This document shows positions 33,238-41,790 of a DNA stretch of 64,000 bases, piece by piece. Where the stretch lies: contig CAWCXJ010000005.1 in assembly GCA_963799485.1 (NCBI GenBank), positions 132,309 through 196,308 on the forward strand. Direction: 5' to 3'. The notes under the pieces were generated by a model that did no database searches, had not been told where the DNA came from, and was given only the letters and a program-made list of their open reading frames with translations. Both the position numbers and the translations under genes were made by a program. Within the stretch, counting starts at the first letter, position 1. Every line of letters begins with the position of its first letter. Source of the DNA: an uncultured Trueperaceae bacterium (GTDB lineage: Bacteria; Deinococcota; Deinococci; Deinococcales; Trueperaceae).

Positions 33238-36042
33238 ATGACCCCCGCCGCGTTTATCGCCAAGTGGGCGCAGGTGACGACCACGGAACGCGCCGCCGCG
33301 CAAAGCCACTTTCTAGACCTCTGTGAACTCTTAAACGTCGAAAAGCCGCTCGACGCCGACCCCACCGGCGCGTTTTACGCCTTCGAGCGCCGCGTAAACA
33401 AGATACTCGGTGGTAAAGGCTTCGCCGACGTGTGGAAACGCGGGCACTTCGCCTGGGAGTACAAACGCAAAAACCGCGACCTGCAAGCGGCCTATACCCA
33501 ACTCCTGCTGTACCGCGAAGACCTCGAGAACCCGCCGCTGCTCATCGTCTGCGACCTCCACCGTTTTGAAATCCACACCAACTTTACCGGCACGCCCAAA
33601 CGCATCTACGCCTTTACGCTGTCCGAGCTGAACCAGCCCGAAACGCTAGATTTGCTCCGCGCCGCTTTTACCGACCCCAACGCCTTAAACCCCAAACGCT
33701 ACCGCGAACGGGTCACCCAGGAAGCCAGTCGGCAGATCGGGGCGCTGTCGCTCCGGCTTCATACCAGAGGCCACGAACCGCAAACCGTCGCCCACTTTAT
33801 GATGCAGCTCGTATTTGCGCTTTTCGCCGAAGACGTGCGGCTCTTGCCCGACAAACTCGTCACCCGGATTCTGGAAAAGACGTATACGCAACCAGGGCGC
33901 GCCCAACGGTTTTTAAGCGACCTTTTTACGGCGATGGCGCACGGCGGGGACGTGGGCCTCGACGAAGTGCCGCATTTCAACGGCGGCTTGTTCGATAATC
34001 GGGGCGCACTGCCCCTGGAGCAGACCGAACTCAAAATCTTGTTGGACGCCGCCAAGCTCGATTGGGCCGAGGTCGAACCGGTGATTTTCGGCACGCTCTT
34101 TGAACGCTCGCTAGACCCCGGCAAACGCAGTCAGTTGGGCGCGCACTACACCTCCCGCGAGGACATCTTGCGAATCGTGCAACCCGTCGTCATCGACCCG
34201 TTACGCGCCGAGTGGAGCGCCGTTCGTAGAGAAGTCGAAACGTATCTGGAAGACAACCCGCTCCCCGACGAACGCACCCTCGACCGGAAACGTTTGGCGG
34301 CCTTTAACGCCGTAAAACGCAAACGCGACGAACGCACGCTCCGGCCCATCAGCAGCTTTCTGGAGCGTTTACGGCACCTCAAGGTGCTCGACCCGGCGTG
34401 CGGCAGCGGCAACTTTCTCTACGTCGCCTTTCAGCAGCTTAAAGAACTCGAGCGCGACGTGCTCACCTTCGCCGGCAGCATCGGTTTGCCCCTAGCGCCG
34501 TTTGTCAGCCCCCGGCAGTTTTACGGCCTGGAGGTCAACGTTTTCGCCCATGAACTCGCCAGCATCGTGGTGTGGATTGGCTATTTGCAGTGGAACTTTC
34601 TCAACCACACCTCGGACACGCAGCGGCCTATTTTGGAGCGGCTGGGCAACATCAAGCTGCAAGACGCCCTGTTGGACGGGGATAAAGAGACCGCGTGGCC
34701 TGAGGCGGATTTTATCGTCGGCAATCCGCCGTTTTTGGGGAATTACAAGATGCGGCAAGAATTGGGCGACTCGTATGTGCAAAAGCTTTACGACCTGTTT
34801 AGAGGGCGTGTGCCGAACGGTGCCGACTTTGTGTGTTACTGGTTTGAAAAGGCGAGGGCGCAAATTGCAGAGGGCAAAACGGCGCGTGCCGGACTCATTA
34901 CGACCAATAGCGTCAGACAGCCGAAAAACAACCCGGTGCTAAACCGCATCAAAGCGACCGGCGAGCTTTTTACGGCGTGGTCGGATGAACCGTGGGTGCT
35001 GGAAGGGGCGGCGGTGCGGGTAAGCATGGTGGCGTTTGACGACGGCAGCCAAGAGGTAAAACGCCTTAACGGCGAGCTGGTCACAACAATCAACGCAGAT
35101 TTGACAGGCGGCGCAGACATCAGCAGTGCTAAATTCTTGGCGGAAAACCTCAACAAATGTTTTAAGGGTGTCGAGCCTGCGGGTGCGTTTGACATAACCG
35201 CAGAAACAGCTCAGGTCTGGGTTACACAACTCAACCCCAACGGCAAAAGCAATTTAGAAGTACTAAAGCGTTACGTCGGCGCAAAAGATATCGTGCAAAA
35301 AGACTCGGAGCGGTGGCTAATCGACTTTCGGCAGATGAGCCAAGCCGAAGCTGAAGATTATCTGGTTCCCTTTGCTCATGTGATAGAAAACGTAAAGCCT
35401 GAACGCGGAAATAATCGTGAGCCGGTAAGACGTGATTTTTGGTGGCGACATGGGCGCTCGAGGCCAGAGCTGCGGGCAGCTCTTGAAGCTTTAGAACGCT
35501 ATATAGCAACGCCGAGAGTTTCCAAGCACCGCGTTTACGTTTGGTTGACGAAAAACGATCTGCCCTCGGGGGCCCTGTCAGTTATCGCTACCGACAAAGA
35601 TTTCTTTTACGGCGTTTTGAACAGCTCTATTCACGTTTTATGGTCGAACGCTCGAGGGAGTTCTTTAGAAGATAGACCGCAATATACGAACGAAGTCTTT
35701 GAAACCTTCCCCTTCCCCCGCCCTGCCGTAAAAGAGCACGCCGACACCGAAAAATGGGCGAAATATCTCGATACGGTGCGGTCTCGGCTTTTAGCAGCCG
35801 ACGAAAAAAGAACCATGACGAAGCTCTACAACGACCTCACGGTTTTACGGGAGACGCGGGACAGCTCGAGCCCGGTTTACGCGCTGCTCGTTGCCCACGA
35901 CAAACTCGACGCGGCGGTGGCGGCGGCTTACGGCTGGGACTGGCCCCTGCCTGACGAGACGATTTTGGAGCGGCTGCTGGCGCTGAACCTGGCGCGCGCG
36001 GCAGAAGAAAACGCCCAGCCGCTTACGGTGGGCACTCGTTAA
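33238..36042 (+). CDS. MmeI-family Type IIL restriction-modification enzyme (fused endonuclease, N6-adenine methyltransferase and specificity domains)
   Basis: N-terminal D-x9-ExK nuclease motif (GFADVWKRGHFAWEYKRKNRDL), LFAEDVRLLP, LGAHYTSREDILRIV, SAM motif VLDPACGSGNFL, catalytic VGNPPFLG, TTNSVRQ, FETFPFP. These are colinear with MmeI as I remember it. I chose the ATG at 33238. Confidence 0.9.
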   Translation: MTPAAFIAKWAQVTTTERAAAQSHFLDLCELLNVEKPLDADPTGAFYAFERRVNKILGGKGFADVWKRGHFAWEYKRKNRDLQAAYTQLLLYREDLENPPLLIVCDLHRFEIHTNFTGTPKRIYAFTLSELNQPETLDLLRAAFTDPNALNPKRYRERVTQEASRQIGALSLRLHTRGHEPQTVAHFMMQLVFALFAEDVRLLPDKLVTRILEKTYTQPGRAQRFLSDLFTAMAHGGDVGLDEVPHFNGGLFDNRGALPLEQTELKILLDAAKLDWAEVEPVIFGTLFERSLDPGKRSQLGAHYTSREDILRIVQPVVIDPLRAEWSAVRREVETYLEDNPLPDERTLDRKRLAAFNAVKRKRDERTLRPISSFLERLRHLKVLDPACGSGNFLYVAFQQLKELERDVLTFAGSIGLPLAPFVSPRQFYGLEVNVFAHELASIVVWIGYLQWNFLNHTSDTQRPILERLGNIKLQDALLDGDKETAWPEADFIVGNPPFLGNYKMRQELGDSYVQKLYDLFRGRVPNGADFVCYWFEKARAQIAEGKTARAGLITTNSVRQPKNNPVLNRIKATGELFTAWSDEPWVLEGAAVRVSMVAFDDGSQEVKRLNGELVTTINADLTGGADISSAKFLAENLNKCFKGVEPAGAFDITAETAQVWVTQLNPNGKSNLEVLKRYVGAKDIVQKDSERWLIDFRQMSQAEAEDYLVPFAHVIENVKPERGNNREPVRRDFWWRHGRSRPELRAALEALERYIATPRVSKHRVYVWLTKNDLPSGALSVIATDKDFFYGVLNSSIHVLWSNARGSSLEDRPQYTNEVFETFPFPRPAVKEHADTEKWAKYLDTVRSRLLAADEKRTMTKLYNDLTVLRETRDSSSPVYALLVAHDKLDAAVAAAYGWDWPLPDETILERLLALNLARAAEENAQPLTVGTR

Positions 36043-36080
36043 ATGAACTTTGGGCGGCGTGTCGGGGCAAGCTCAGCCAT

Positions 36081-36109
36081 AAAAAATCCTGCCAGGGTGT
36101 TCTGGCAGG
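36081..36109 (-). terminator. Hairpin whose T-run lies on the minus strand
   Basis: cctgccag-ggtgtt-ctggcagg (36088-36109); on the minus strand it is followed by tttttt (plus-strand A6 at 36081-36086). It lies 300 nt beyond the MBL gene stop. Confidence 0.45.
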
Positions 36110-36411
36110 TCACAGGTTGTCACCGCACCGTCGTTGCCCCCGGCGGCTTTTATAACATATCATATCCGTGACAGCCTAGTGACGCCAAGCACCATTTTGG
36201 GATACAAAAAGCAGGTCTGGGTCATCACCATCGGGGGCAGACCGTTGGCACAGCGACAACCCAAACCTACCAGCTCTGAACGGGCACCTAGAAGGACTAA
36301 CTGAAGGCGCGTCCGCAGAGCTTATAACACCCTAAGTATATCTTTGGGTGTAGACAAAGGTACCAGCCTACAGTCTTCAAGGTTGCAGCCAGTTGCGGCA
36401 ATCCTCGCCGG

Positions 36412-37188
36412 TCAGGGCAGCGCCAGCACGCGCACGTCGATTCCCGAACCTTCCAGGGCGTCGGCGACGATTTGCGGGTCGGCTTCGCCCTGATGGTAGG
36501 GCACCACGACGCTCGGCGAGATGACCTTGATACAGCCCACGGCTTCCTCGGGCGGCATCGTGTACGGCAGGTTGATAGGCACGAACGCCAGGTCAACCTT
36601 GCCCAAACCTCCCATTTCCGGGATGCACTCGGTATCCCCGGCGATGTAAACGGTAAAATCGCCGAAGGTTGCCAGGTAGCCGTTGTACTGACCTTCGGGG
36701 TGAAACCTGCTGCCGGGTTCCGGGCCGCGAACCAAGTTGTACGCAGGAACGGCCCGCACAGTGACGCCGTCGGCGGTCGTCTCGTCGCCGTTTTGCAGCA
36801 CCGTGACCTGCTCACCGCCGCCGAACTTTTCTGCCGAAGCCTCGTCCATGAGGTAGCGGGTGGCGTCGGTGCTGAGGGCCTCGAGCGCTGCCGGGTCGAA
36901 GTGGTCGGGGTGGTCGTGGGTAAGCCACACCCAGTCGGCGTCCGGTTGAGCGCTGTAGTCGGCGACCTCGCTGTACGGATCGACGTGGATGACCGTACCG
37001 TTGTACTCGAGGCGCAGCGAACCGTGACCCACGGGCGTCACCGTAAGCGGGCCACCCGAAGTCTCGAAGCTCAAGGTTTCTTGGCCCGGTTCTTGGCCTG
37101 TGTCTTGACTTGCGTCTTGTGCGAAGGCCGACGTACCCAGCGACGTGAGCGCCGCCGTAAAAACCAGAGCTGGCAGGGACAAGGTCAT
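36412..37188 (-). CDS. Secreted metallo-beta-lactamase-fold hydrolase
   Basis: ATG at 37188 preceded by caggagga; signal peptide (ALVFTAALTSLGTSAFA); HxHxDH motif (LTHDHPDHFDP). Confidence 0.8.
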   Translation of the reverse strand: MTLSLPALVFTAALTSLGTSAFAQDASQDTGQEPGQETLSFETSGGPLTVTPVGHGSLRLEYNGTVIHVDPYSEVADYSAQPDADWVWLTHDHPDHFDPAALEALSTDATRYLMDEASAEKFGGGEQVTVLQNGDETTADGVTVRAVPAYNLVRGPEPGSRFHPEGQYNGYLATFGDFTVYIAGDTECIPEMGGLGKVDLAFVPINLPYTMPPEEAVGCIKVISPSVVVPYHQGEADPQIVADALEGSGIDVRVLALP

Positions 37189-37682
37189 ATTTTTCCTCCT
37201 GAGCTGTTTGTAACATCTTTTTTGCATAATCTTTGTAGACGGACCGGCAAACCGCCGGGTACGGTACTTTAAGCAAACCGTAAGACGTCGCAAAATTCTT
37301 TATCAAACCAGCTTATTTTGGATCATGCGACCCCATGTTCTTCTCGTATTTGCGCTCCTCACGTCTGCTGCCCAGCGTTCCCCGCAGGTCAGGGCCTGAA
37401 GCCCGGTCAACCCACGTGCGGACGAAATCCGGCGAACGGCGTGTACGGTCGAGCCCGGAGACGACGGGCCGCAGTCACCCCGCACCCCTTCCGACGCGCC
37501 TTTGCTGCTCCAAGTGCGCTACGATTTTAGTTGCTGCGTACCCAAAGCAACCCGTTTGCTGAACGTTGCACTGTTTATCTCAGGTGATTTTTCCGCTGGC
37601 TGGTGGCGGGCTCGAGCCCGCTCTACCAATTTCGGAACCATTCCGATATGCGTCTGGAACAGCTTTTCTTTCATTTCCTACC

Positions 37683-37721
37683 TTGACACTCAGAATTAAA
37701 TCTGACATGATAACGCTAATC
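37683..37721 (+). promoter_or_regulatory. Candidate promoter with an overlapping Fur-box-like half site for the siderophore uptake operon
   Basis: TTGACA (37683-37688), 17 nt, CATGAT. GATAACGCTAATC (37709-37721) matches 11 of the first 13 positions of the GATAATGATAATCATTATC Fur consensus; the second half does not match. Confidence 0.3.
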
Positions 37722-37803
37722 CCAAGTAGATTTGTCGGGATTAAAGCTCGAGCCGCCGTAGCTATCTTTTCATTTGGGATGTGCTCACCGAAAAGGAGAC
37801 GCC

Positions 37804-38046
37804 GTGTTTTCAGCCAAAGCGTATACGCTCAGTTTCAGCGTTTTACTCGTGAGTCTGTTCGGTCTGGCCTTTTTAACCCCGGCAGGAGCGCTTTTCGCCT
37901 ACGTTCTGGCCTTTATGAATGCGGCGGTCACGCTTTGGGTTGTGTCGGGGCTCGAGCGACTTTACCAATTCGTAGCCGTAAATGCGGCAAAGCGGCGCAC
38001 GCCGACAAACCGAACAAACGGTTCAAATCGGTACGTCTACGACTGA
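37804..38046 (+). CDS. Small two-TM membrane protein (80 aa), first gene of the uptake operon
   Basis: GTG at 37804 preceded by aaaaggagac; two hydrophobic helices (LSFSVLLVSLFGLAFL, ALFAYVLAFMNAAVTLWVV); ends 9 nt before the nitroreductase gene. Confidence 0.45.
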   Translation: MFSAKAYTLSFSVLLVSLFGLAFLTPAGALFAYVLAFMNAAVTLWVVSGLERLYQFVAVNAAKRRTPTNRTNGSNRYVYD

Positions 38047-38055
38047 GGAGTTATC

Positions 38056-38652
38056 ATGTCTGCTGCTTTAAGCACCCCGTCTACACTTCATCCCAACCCT
38101 ACGGTCGAGCTTTTACTCAAACGCCGTTCGCTCGTCGTTGCCAGCCAGAGCGAACCGGGGCCGAGCGCGGAAGACCTCGAGACCATCCTCCGCTGCGCCG
38201 TCCGCGTCCCCGACCACGGCAAACTGACGCCGTGGCGGATTCAGGTCGCCCGCAAAGAGGCCCAGGCGAGATTGGGGGTGGTCTTTGCCGACATCTACGC
38301 CAAAAAGAACCCCGACGCCGGTAAAGAGCGCTTGGAGCTCGAGCGTCAGCGTCCGCAACGTGCGCCGCTGCTGCTTATCGTCAGCACCAAAATCGATTCC
38401 CAGCCCATCCCGCGCCCTGAACAGCTTTTGTCCGGCGGCGCAGTCTGTCAAAATATCCTCATCGCCGCGACTGCGCTGGGTTACGCCTCGCAGTGGCTTT
38501 CGGAATGGGTGAATTACGACCCGGACGTTAAAGCGCATTTGGGTATTTCTCCAACCGATGAGATTTTGGGGTTTATGTATCTCGGCAGCGCGAGCGAAAA
38601 GCCGAAAGAGCGCCCCAGACCCGAATTAGAAGAGATTGTCAGCTACCTGTGA
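38056..38652 (+). CDS. Nitroreductase family protein (YdjA-like, FMN-dependent)
   Basis: [10 protein letters not shown]...[26 protein letters not shown] resembles the YdjA-type nitroreductase N-terminus; 198 aa. Confidence 0.8.
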   Translation: MSAALSTPSTLHPNPTVELLLKRRSLVVASQSEPGPSAEDLETILRCAVRVPDHGKLTPWRIQVARKEAQARLGVVFADIYAKKNPDAGKERLELERQRPQRAPLLLIVSTKIDSQPIPRPEQLLSGGAVCQNILIAATALGYASQWLSEWVNYDPDVKAHLGISPTDEILGFMYLGSASEKPKERPRPELEEIVSYL

Positions 38653-38677
38653 AGTTCACTTCCCCGGAGGAAACCTC

Positions 38678-39679
38678 GTGAAAAAGCTGATTATTTTACT
38701 CGGTCTAATTATGCTTGGTTTTAGCTACGCACAGGAATGTGAGGAAGGTTTCCGGTTCTTCGACCATGAACTTTTGGCGACCGAACCCCTTTGCATCCCC
38801 GAAAATCCCGAACGTATTCTCGCTCTCGACATGGCGTCGGTGGAAATGACGCTGCTGACAGGAAAAAATCTGGTGGGCACGGCGAACTGGATTCTGAGCG
38901 AACTGCCCCTCTTGGAGACCCGCTTCGCCGACGCCCTCGAGAGTGCTGAGGACGTGGGCTATCCTGCGAACCTGGAGCAAACACTTTTACTCGCGCCCGA
39001 TCTCATCTTGGCGGTCGGCACCAGCGTTGCGGGGGACACCATCGACGCCTCCGCGGCAGGCGAGATTGCGCCTGTGGTGCTCGCTGACCCCGCCGTGTTC
39101 GACGACTGGCAGCTCGGCATGTCGTTCTGGGCAGAGGTGTTAGGGACACAAGACCTCTACACCGAGATGTTGACGAACTACGAAACCCGCGTGGGCGAAC
39201 TTAGGAGCGAACTGGGCAATGCGAGCGAAACGACCATCTCGCTCGTGCCCATCGCCGGAGGCAGCGTCTATATGTGGATGCCCGACACCGCGCCCGGCAG
39301 CATCCTAGAGGACGTGGGCTTCGCCCGCCCGGAGCCGCAAAGCTTGGAGGCTGAAGCCGCCCAGGAGCGCTACGGTGCAGCGCAGTACATCCAGGTTTCC
39401 GAGGAGCGCTATGACCTCTTGGACGCAGACGTTATCTTCTACTTCACCTACGCCGCCTCCGACCCCGGAACCGCCGGAAAAGAGGCGGGCAACGTGAGGG
39501 CGCTGGAGCAAAACCCCCTCTGGCAGTCTTTGAGCGCAGTGCAAAACGACCGAGCCTATTTCGTGCCGGGCTACTGGTGGCGGGCGCAGACATACCTACT
39601 TGCCAATAAAGTTCTTGACGATATGTTTATTAACCTGGCGGGCGCGGAGGCAGATACGCCTGTGCTCGAGCTGCCGTAA
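38678..39679 (+). CDS. Iron-siderophore-type ABC transporter substrate-binding protein (cluster A/8 fold), copy 1
   Basis: GTG at 38678 after ggagga; signal peptide; [19 protein letters not shown]...[16 protein letters not shown], typical of FhuD/FepB/DesE-like binding proteins. Confidence 0.8.
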   Translation: MKKLIILLGLIMLGFSYAQECEEGFRFFDHELLATEPLCIPENPERILALDMASVEMTLLTGKNLVGTANWILSELPLLETRFADALESAEDVGYPANLEQTLLLAPDLILAVGTSVAGDTIDASAAGEIAPVVLADPAVFDDWQLGMSFWAEVLGTQDLYTEMLTNYETRVGELRSELGNASETTISLVPIAGGSVYMWMPDTAPGSILEDVGFARPEPQSLEAEAAQERYGAAQYIQVSEERYDLLDADVIFYFTYAASDPGTAGKEAGNVRALEQNPLWQSLSAVQNDRAYFVPGYWWRAQTYLLANKVLDDMFINLAGAEADTPVLELP

Positions 39680-39709
39680 AACCATTTGCTCACATTGCAG
39701 AGGATACCT

Positions 39710-40729
39710 ATGACTATCAAACCGTTTCGCACCGAAAGAGCCGAGGGCTTGCTCGTCGTTTACAGCGGCAACCGGCCCGTAGACGCCGCCGCCTTTCAGA
39801 CCTTTTTAGACCGCTGGGCCGAGCAACTCGGCAGGGGCGAGCGTTTCGGCGTCGTGCTGGTCTACGAAGCTTACGAATACGAACAAAAAGTACGCGACGC
39901 CGCCGAAGAAGACCGCTTTACCCACGCGATGGGTGAGTTTCGCCGCCGTCACCGCGAAGCGGCAAACCGGCTCTGCACCGGGGTGTCGCGGGTGTTTCCC
40001 GCCGAGTGGCTCGCCGGGCTGGACGCAGGGAAGACGGCGCGGTACGAGGCGCAGACGAGCCGGTTTGCGGCGTACACTTTCGGCGTGCGAGGCAAAAACT
40101 TTACGAGCCTGGACGAGGCGAAAGGGTGGCTTACGTCCATCTCTGATGAAGCGCCGCTGGCTTTAGGTGAGGAAGAAAAAAGTGATACAAGCCGTACCGG
40201 GTTTTATTACGGCAGCACCACGGGTACCACCGAGTTTGTGGCGGAGAAAATGCGGGACGCGGCTCTACTGAGGGGACTCGAGCTAACCCCCGTAAACATC
40301 GGCACCTTAAGCGACCCTCGAGACTTCTTAAAGCACGACCGGCTGATTTTAGGTATCCCTACCTGGAACGTCGGGCAGCTTCAGGACGACTGGCTCAGGC
40401 TCTACCCGAAACTGGACACGCTCGACTTTTCAGGCAAACAAGTGGCCCTTTTCGGTGTGGGCGACCAAGTGGGCTACCCGGACAATTTTCTCGACGCGCT
40501 CGGCACGTTAGGTCAAAAATTGCACGAGCGCGGCGCAGAGCTTGTCGGTTCTTGGTCTACAGCAGGCTACGACTTCACCGCCTCCAAAGCGCAAGTCGGC
40601 GACCGGTTTATGGGTTTGGGTATCGACGACTACAACCAAGAAGACCTGACAGAAGACCGCGTCACACGTTGGTTGGGGCAAATTCAAAGAGAGTTCGGCG
40701 CGACCAGACGCCTTATGGAGTACGCATGA
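39710..40729 (+). CDS. Fusion protein: unknown N-terminal domain (about 165 aa) plus C-terminal long-chain flavodoxin
   Basis: C-terminal FYYGSTTGTTEFVAEKM...GIPTWNVGQLQDDW...FGVGDQVGYPDNFLDAL is FldA-like. I do not recognise the N-terminal part. ATG at 39710. Confidence 0.8.
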   Translation: MTIKPFRTERAEGLLVVYSGNRPVDAAAFQTFLDRWAEQLGRGERFGVVLVYEAYEYEQKVRDAAEEDRFTHAMGEFRRRHREAANRLCTGVSRVFPAEWLAGLDAGKTARYEAQTSRFAAYTFGVRGKNFTSLDEAKGWLTSISDEAPLALGEEEKSDTSRTGFYYGSTTGTTEFVAEKMRDAALLRGLELTPVNIGTLSDPRDFLKHDRLILGIPTWNVGQLQDDWLRLYPKLDTLDFSGKQVALFGVGDQVGYPDNFLDALGTLGQKLHERGAELVGSWSTAGYDFTASKAQVGDRFMGLGIDDYNQEDLTEDRVTRWLGQIQREFGATRRLMEYA

Positions 40730-41667
40730 AAAAAATCCTGCTGAGTTTCCTCGTCCTTTTCCTCGGTACTACCTTCGCCCAGGGCTTTCCCGTCACCATC
40801 CCCCACAAGTTCGGCGCGACCACCCTTCAAGAAAAACCCAAACGCATCGTCAGTTTGGGGTACACCGAACAAGACACGCTGTTCGCCCTGGGAGCCGAAC
40901 CGGTCGCCGTCCGCTACTTTTTCGGTGACGCGCCGGGCGCGATTTTCCCCTGGGCGGCGGACGCGGCGGGCACTGCCCAACCGGAAGTCCTCAATATGCC
41001 TTACGGCACGCTCAACTACGAGGCGATTCTCGCCCTAAAGCCCGACCTCATCACGGCGGTCGGCGCGGGCATTACTGAGGCGGAATACGAAACGCTTTCA
41101 CAGATTGCGCCGACCCTCGCGCAGTCGGACGACTACATCGATTTCGGCACGCCGTGGCAGGAGCAGGTGCGGCGTATCGCCCTGGCTCTCGGGGAGACGG
41201 CTCGCGGCGAAGCACTCGTGCGTGGGCTCGAGGCCGAATTCGAGCAGGTTCGTCAGGCGTACCCCGAATTTGCCGGAAAAACCGTCGCCGTCGCCTACAA
41301 CAGCGGGGGCACGTACGGCTTTTACACCGCACAGGACGCGAGGGCACGTTTTTTCGAAGACTTGGGCTTTGTCGTCCCGCAAAGCCTCGTAGACCTAGCC
41401 GGTGAGAGCTTTTACGCCGATGTAAGCGAGGAGCGCCTCGACCTCCTGGATCAAGACCTGCTCGTTTTGCTCGACGTACCGTTTGCCGAAGCGGGCACAC
41501 AGGGGCCTACAGACGACCCGCTCTTGTCGCAGCTCGGCGCGGTGCAAGCGGGGCGGGTGCTAAACGTCAGCGGTGACGAGGTAGACGCCCTGCAGTTCGG
41601 GACGGTGCTGAGTCTGGGCTACCTGCTGGAGAACCTCGTACCCGAAGTGGCGGCAGTCGTAGAGTAA
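40726..41667 (+). CDS. Iron-siderophore-type ABC transporter substrate-binding protein, copy 2
   Basis: ATG overlaps the flavodoxin-fusion stop (ATGA); signal peptide; HKFGATTLQEKPKRIVSLGYTEQDTLFALG...LNYEAILALKPDLITAV. Confidence 0.85.
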   Translation: MKKILLSFLVLFLGTTFAQGFPVTIPHKFGATTLQEKPKRIVSLGYTEQDTLFALGAEPVAVRYFFGDAPGAIFPWAADAAGTAQPEVLNMPYGTLNYEAILALKPDLITAVGAGITEAEYETLSQIAPTLAQSDDYIDFGTPWQEQVRRIALALGETARGEALVRGLEAEFEQVRQAYPEFAGKTVAVAYNSGGTYGFYTAQDARARFFEDLGFVVPQSLVDLAGESFYADVSEERLDLLDQDLLVLLDVPFAEAGTQGPTDDPLLSQLGAVQAGRVLNVSGDEVDALQFGTVLSLGYLLENLVPEVAAVVE

Positions 41668-41790
41668 CTACACCGTAACTACGGTTGGTTCAGACGAAAG
41701 AAGCGACCGCTACAGCCTTTGACGCTCGCTCGAAGGGTGGTCGCTCAATTCCGAGTATAATGCTCTAGATTACAGGTACTCGAGGTTCTA

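Noticed and set aside
32892-33365. 158-codon N-terminal extension of the lipoprotein ORF, and the 33103 start of the MmeI-like ORF.
   Set aside because: The extensions cross the AT-rich intergenic region and overlap each other on opposite strands. An internal ATG with a strong RBS and lipobox (32891) and an MmeI-like N-terminus (33238) fit better.
37385-37475. Cobalamin riboswitch (B12-box-like AGCCCGGAGAC, GTGCGGACGAAATCCGG) or SRP RNA (CAGGTCAGGGCCTGAAGCCCGGTCAACC versus E. coli CAGGUCAGGUCCGGAAGGAAGCAGCC).
   Set aside because: The matches are partial. The conserved GGTG, GCCACTG and GGGAAGGC cobalamin elements are absent, as are the GGAA tetraloop and the long closing helix of SRP RNA. 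The downstream transporter also looks siderophore-type rather than BtuF-type. I left it as an open question in the findings, pending a covariance-model search.
37330-37560. tmRNA on the minus strand.
   Set aside because: There is no GGGG...GA 5' end paired to a ...CCACCA 3' end, and no plausible tag reading frame ending in ALAA-stop.
37590-37645. tRNA-like fragment on the minus strand (aaattggtagagc resembling a D-loop, gcgggctcgagcccgc resembling a T-arm, then CCACCA).
   Set aside because: There is no anticodon arm and no 7-bp acceptor stem, and the loop is 6 rather than 7 nt. At best it is a degraded remnant. I do not call a tRNA.
37566-38324. 252-codon ORF spanning the intergenic region and the nitroreductase gene.
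   Set aside because: It has a different frame from the recognisable nitroreductase sequence, a low-complexity basic composition, and no RBS.
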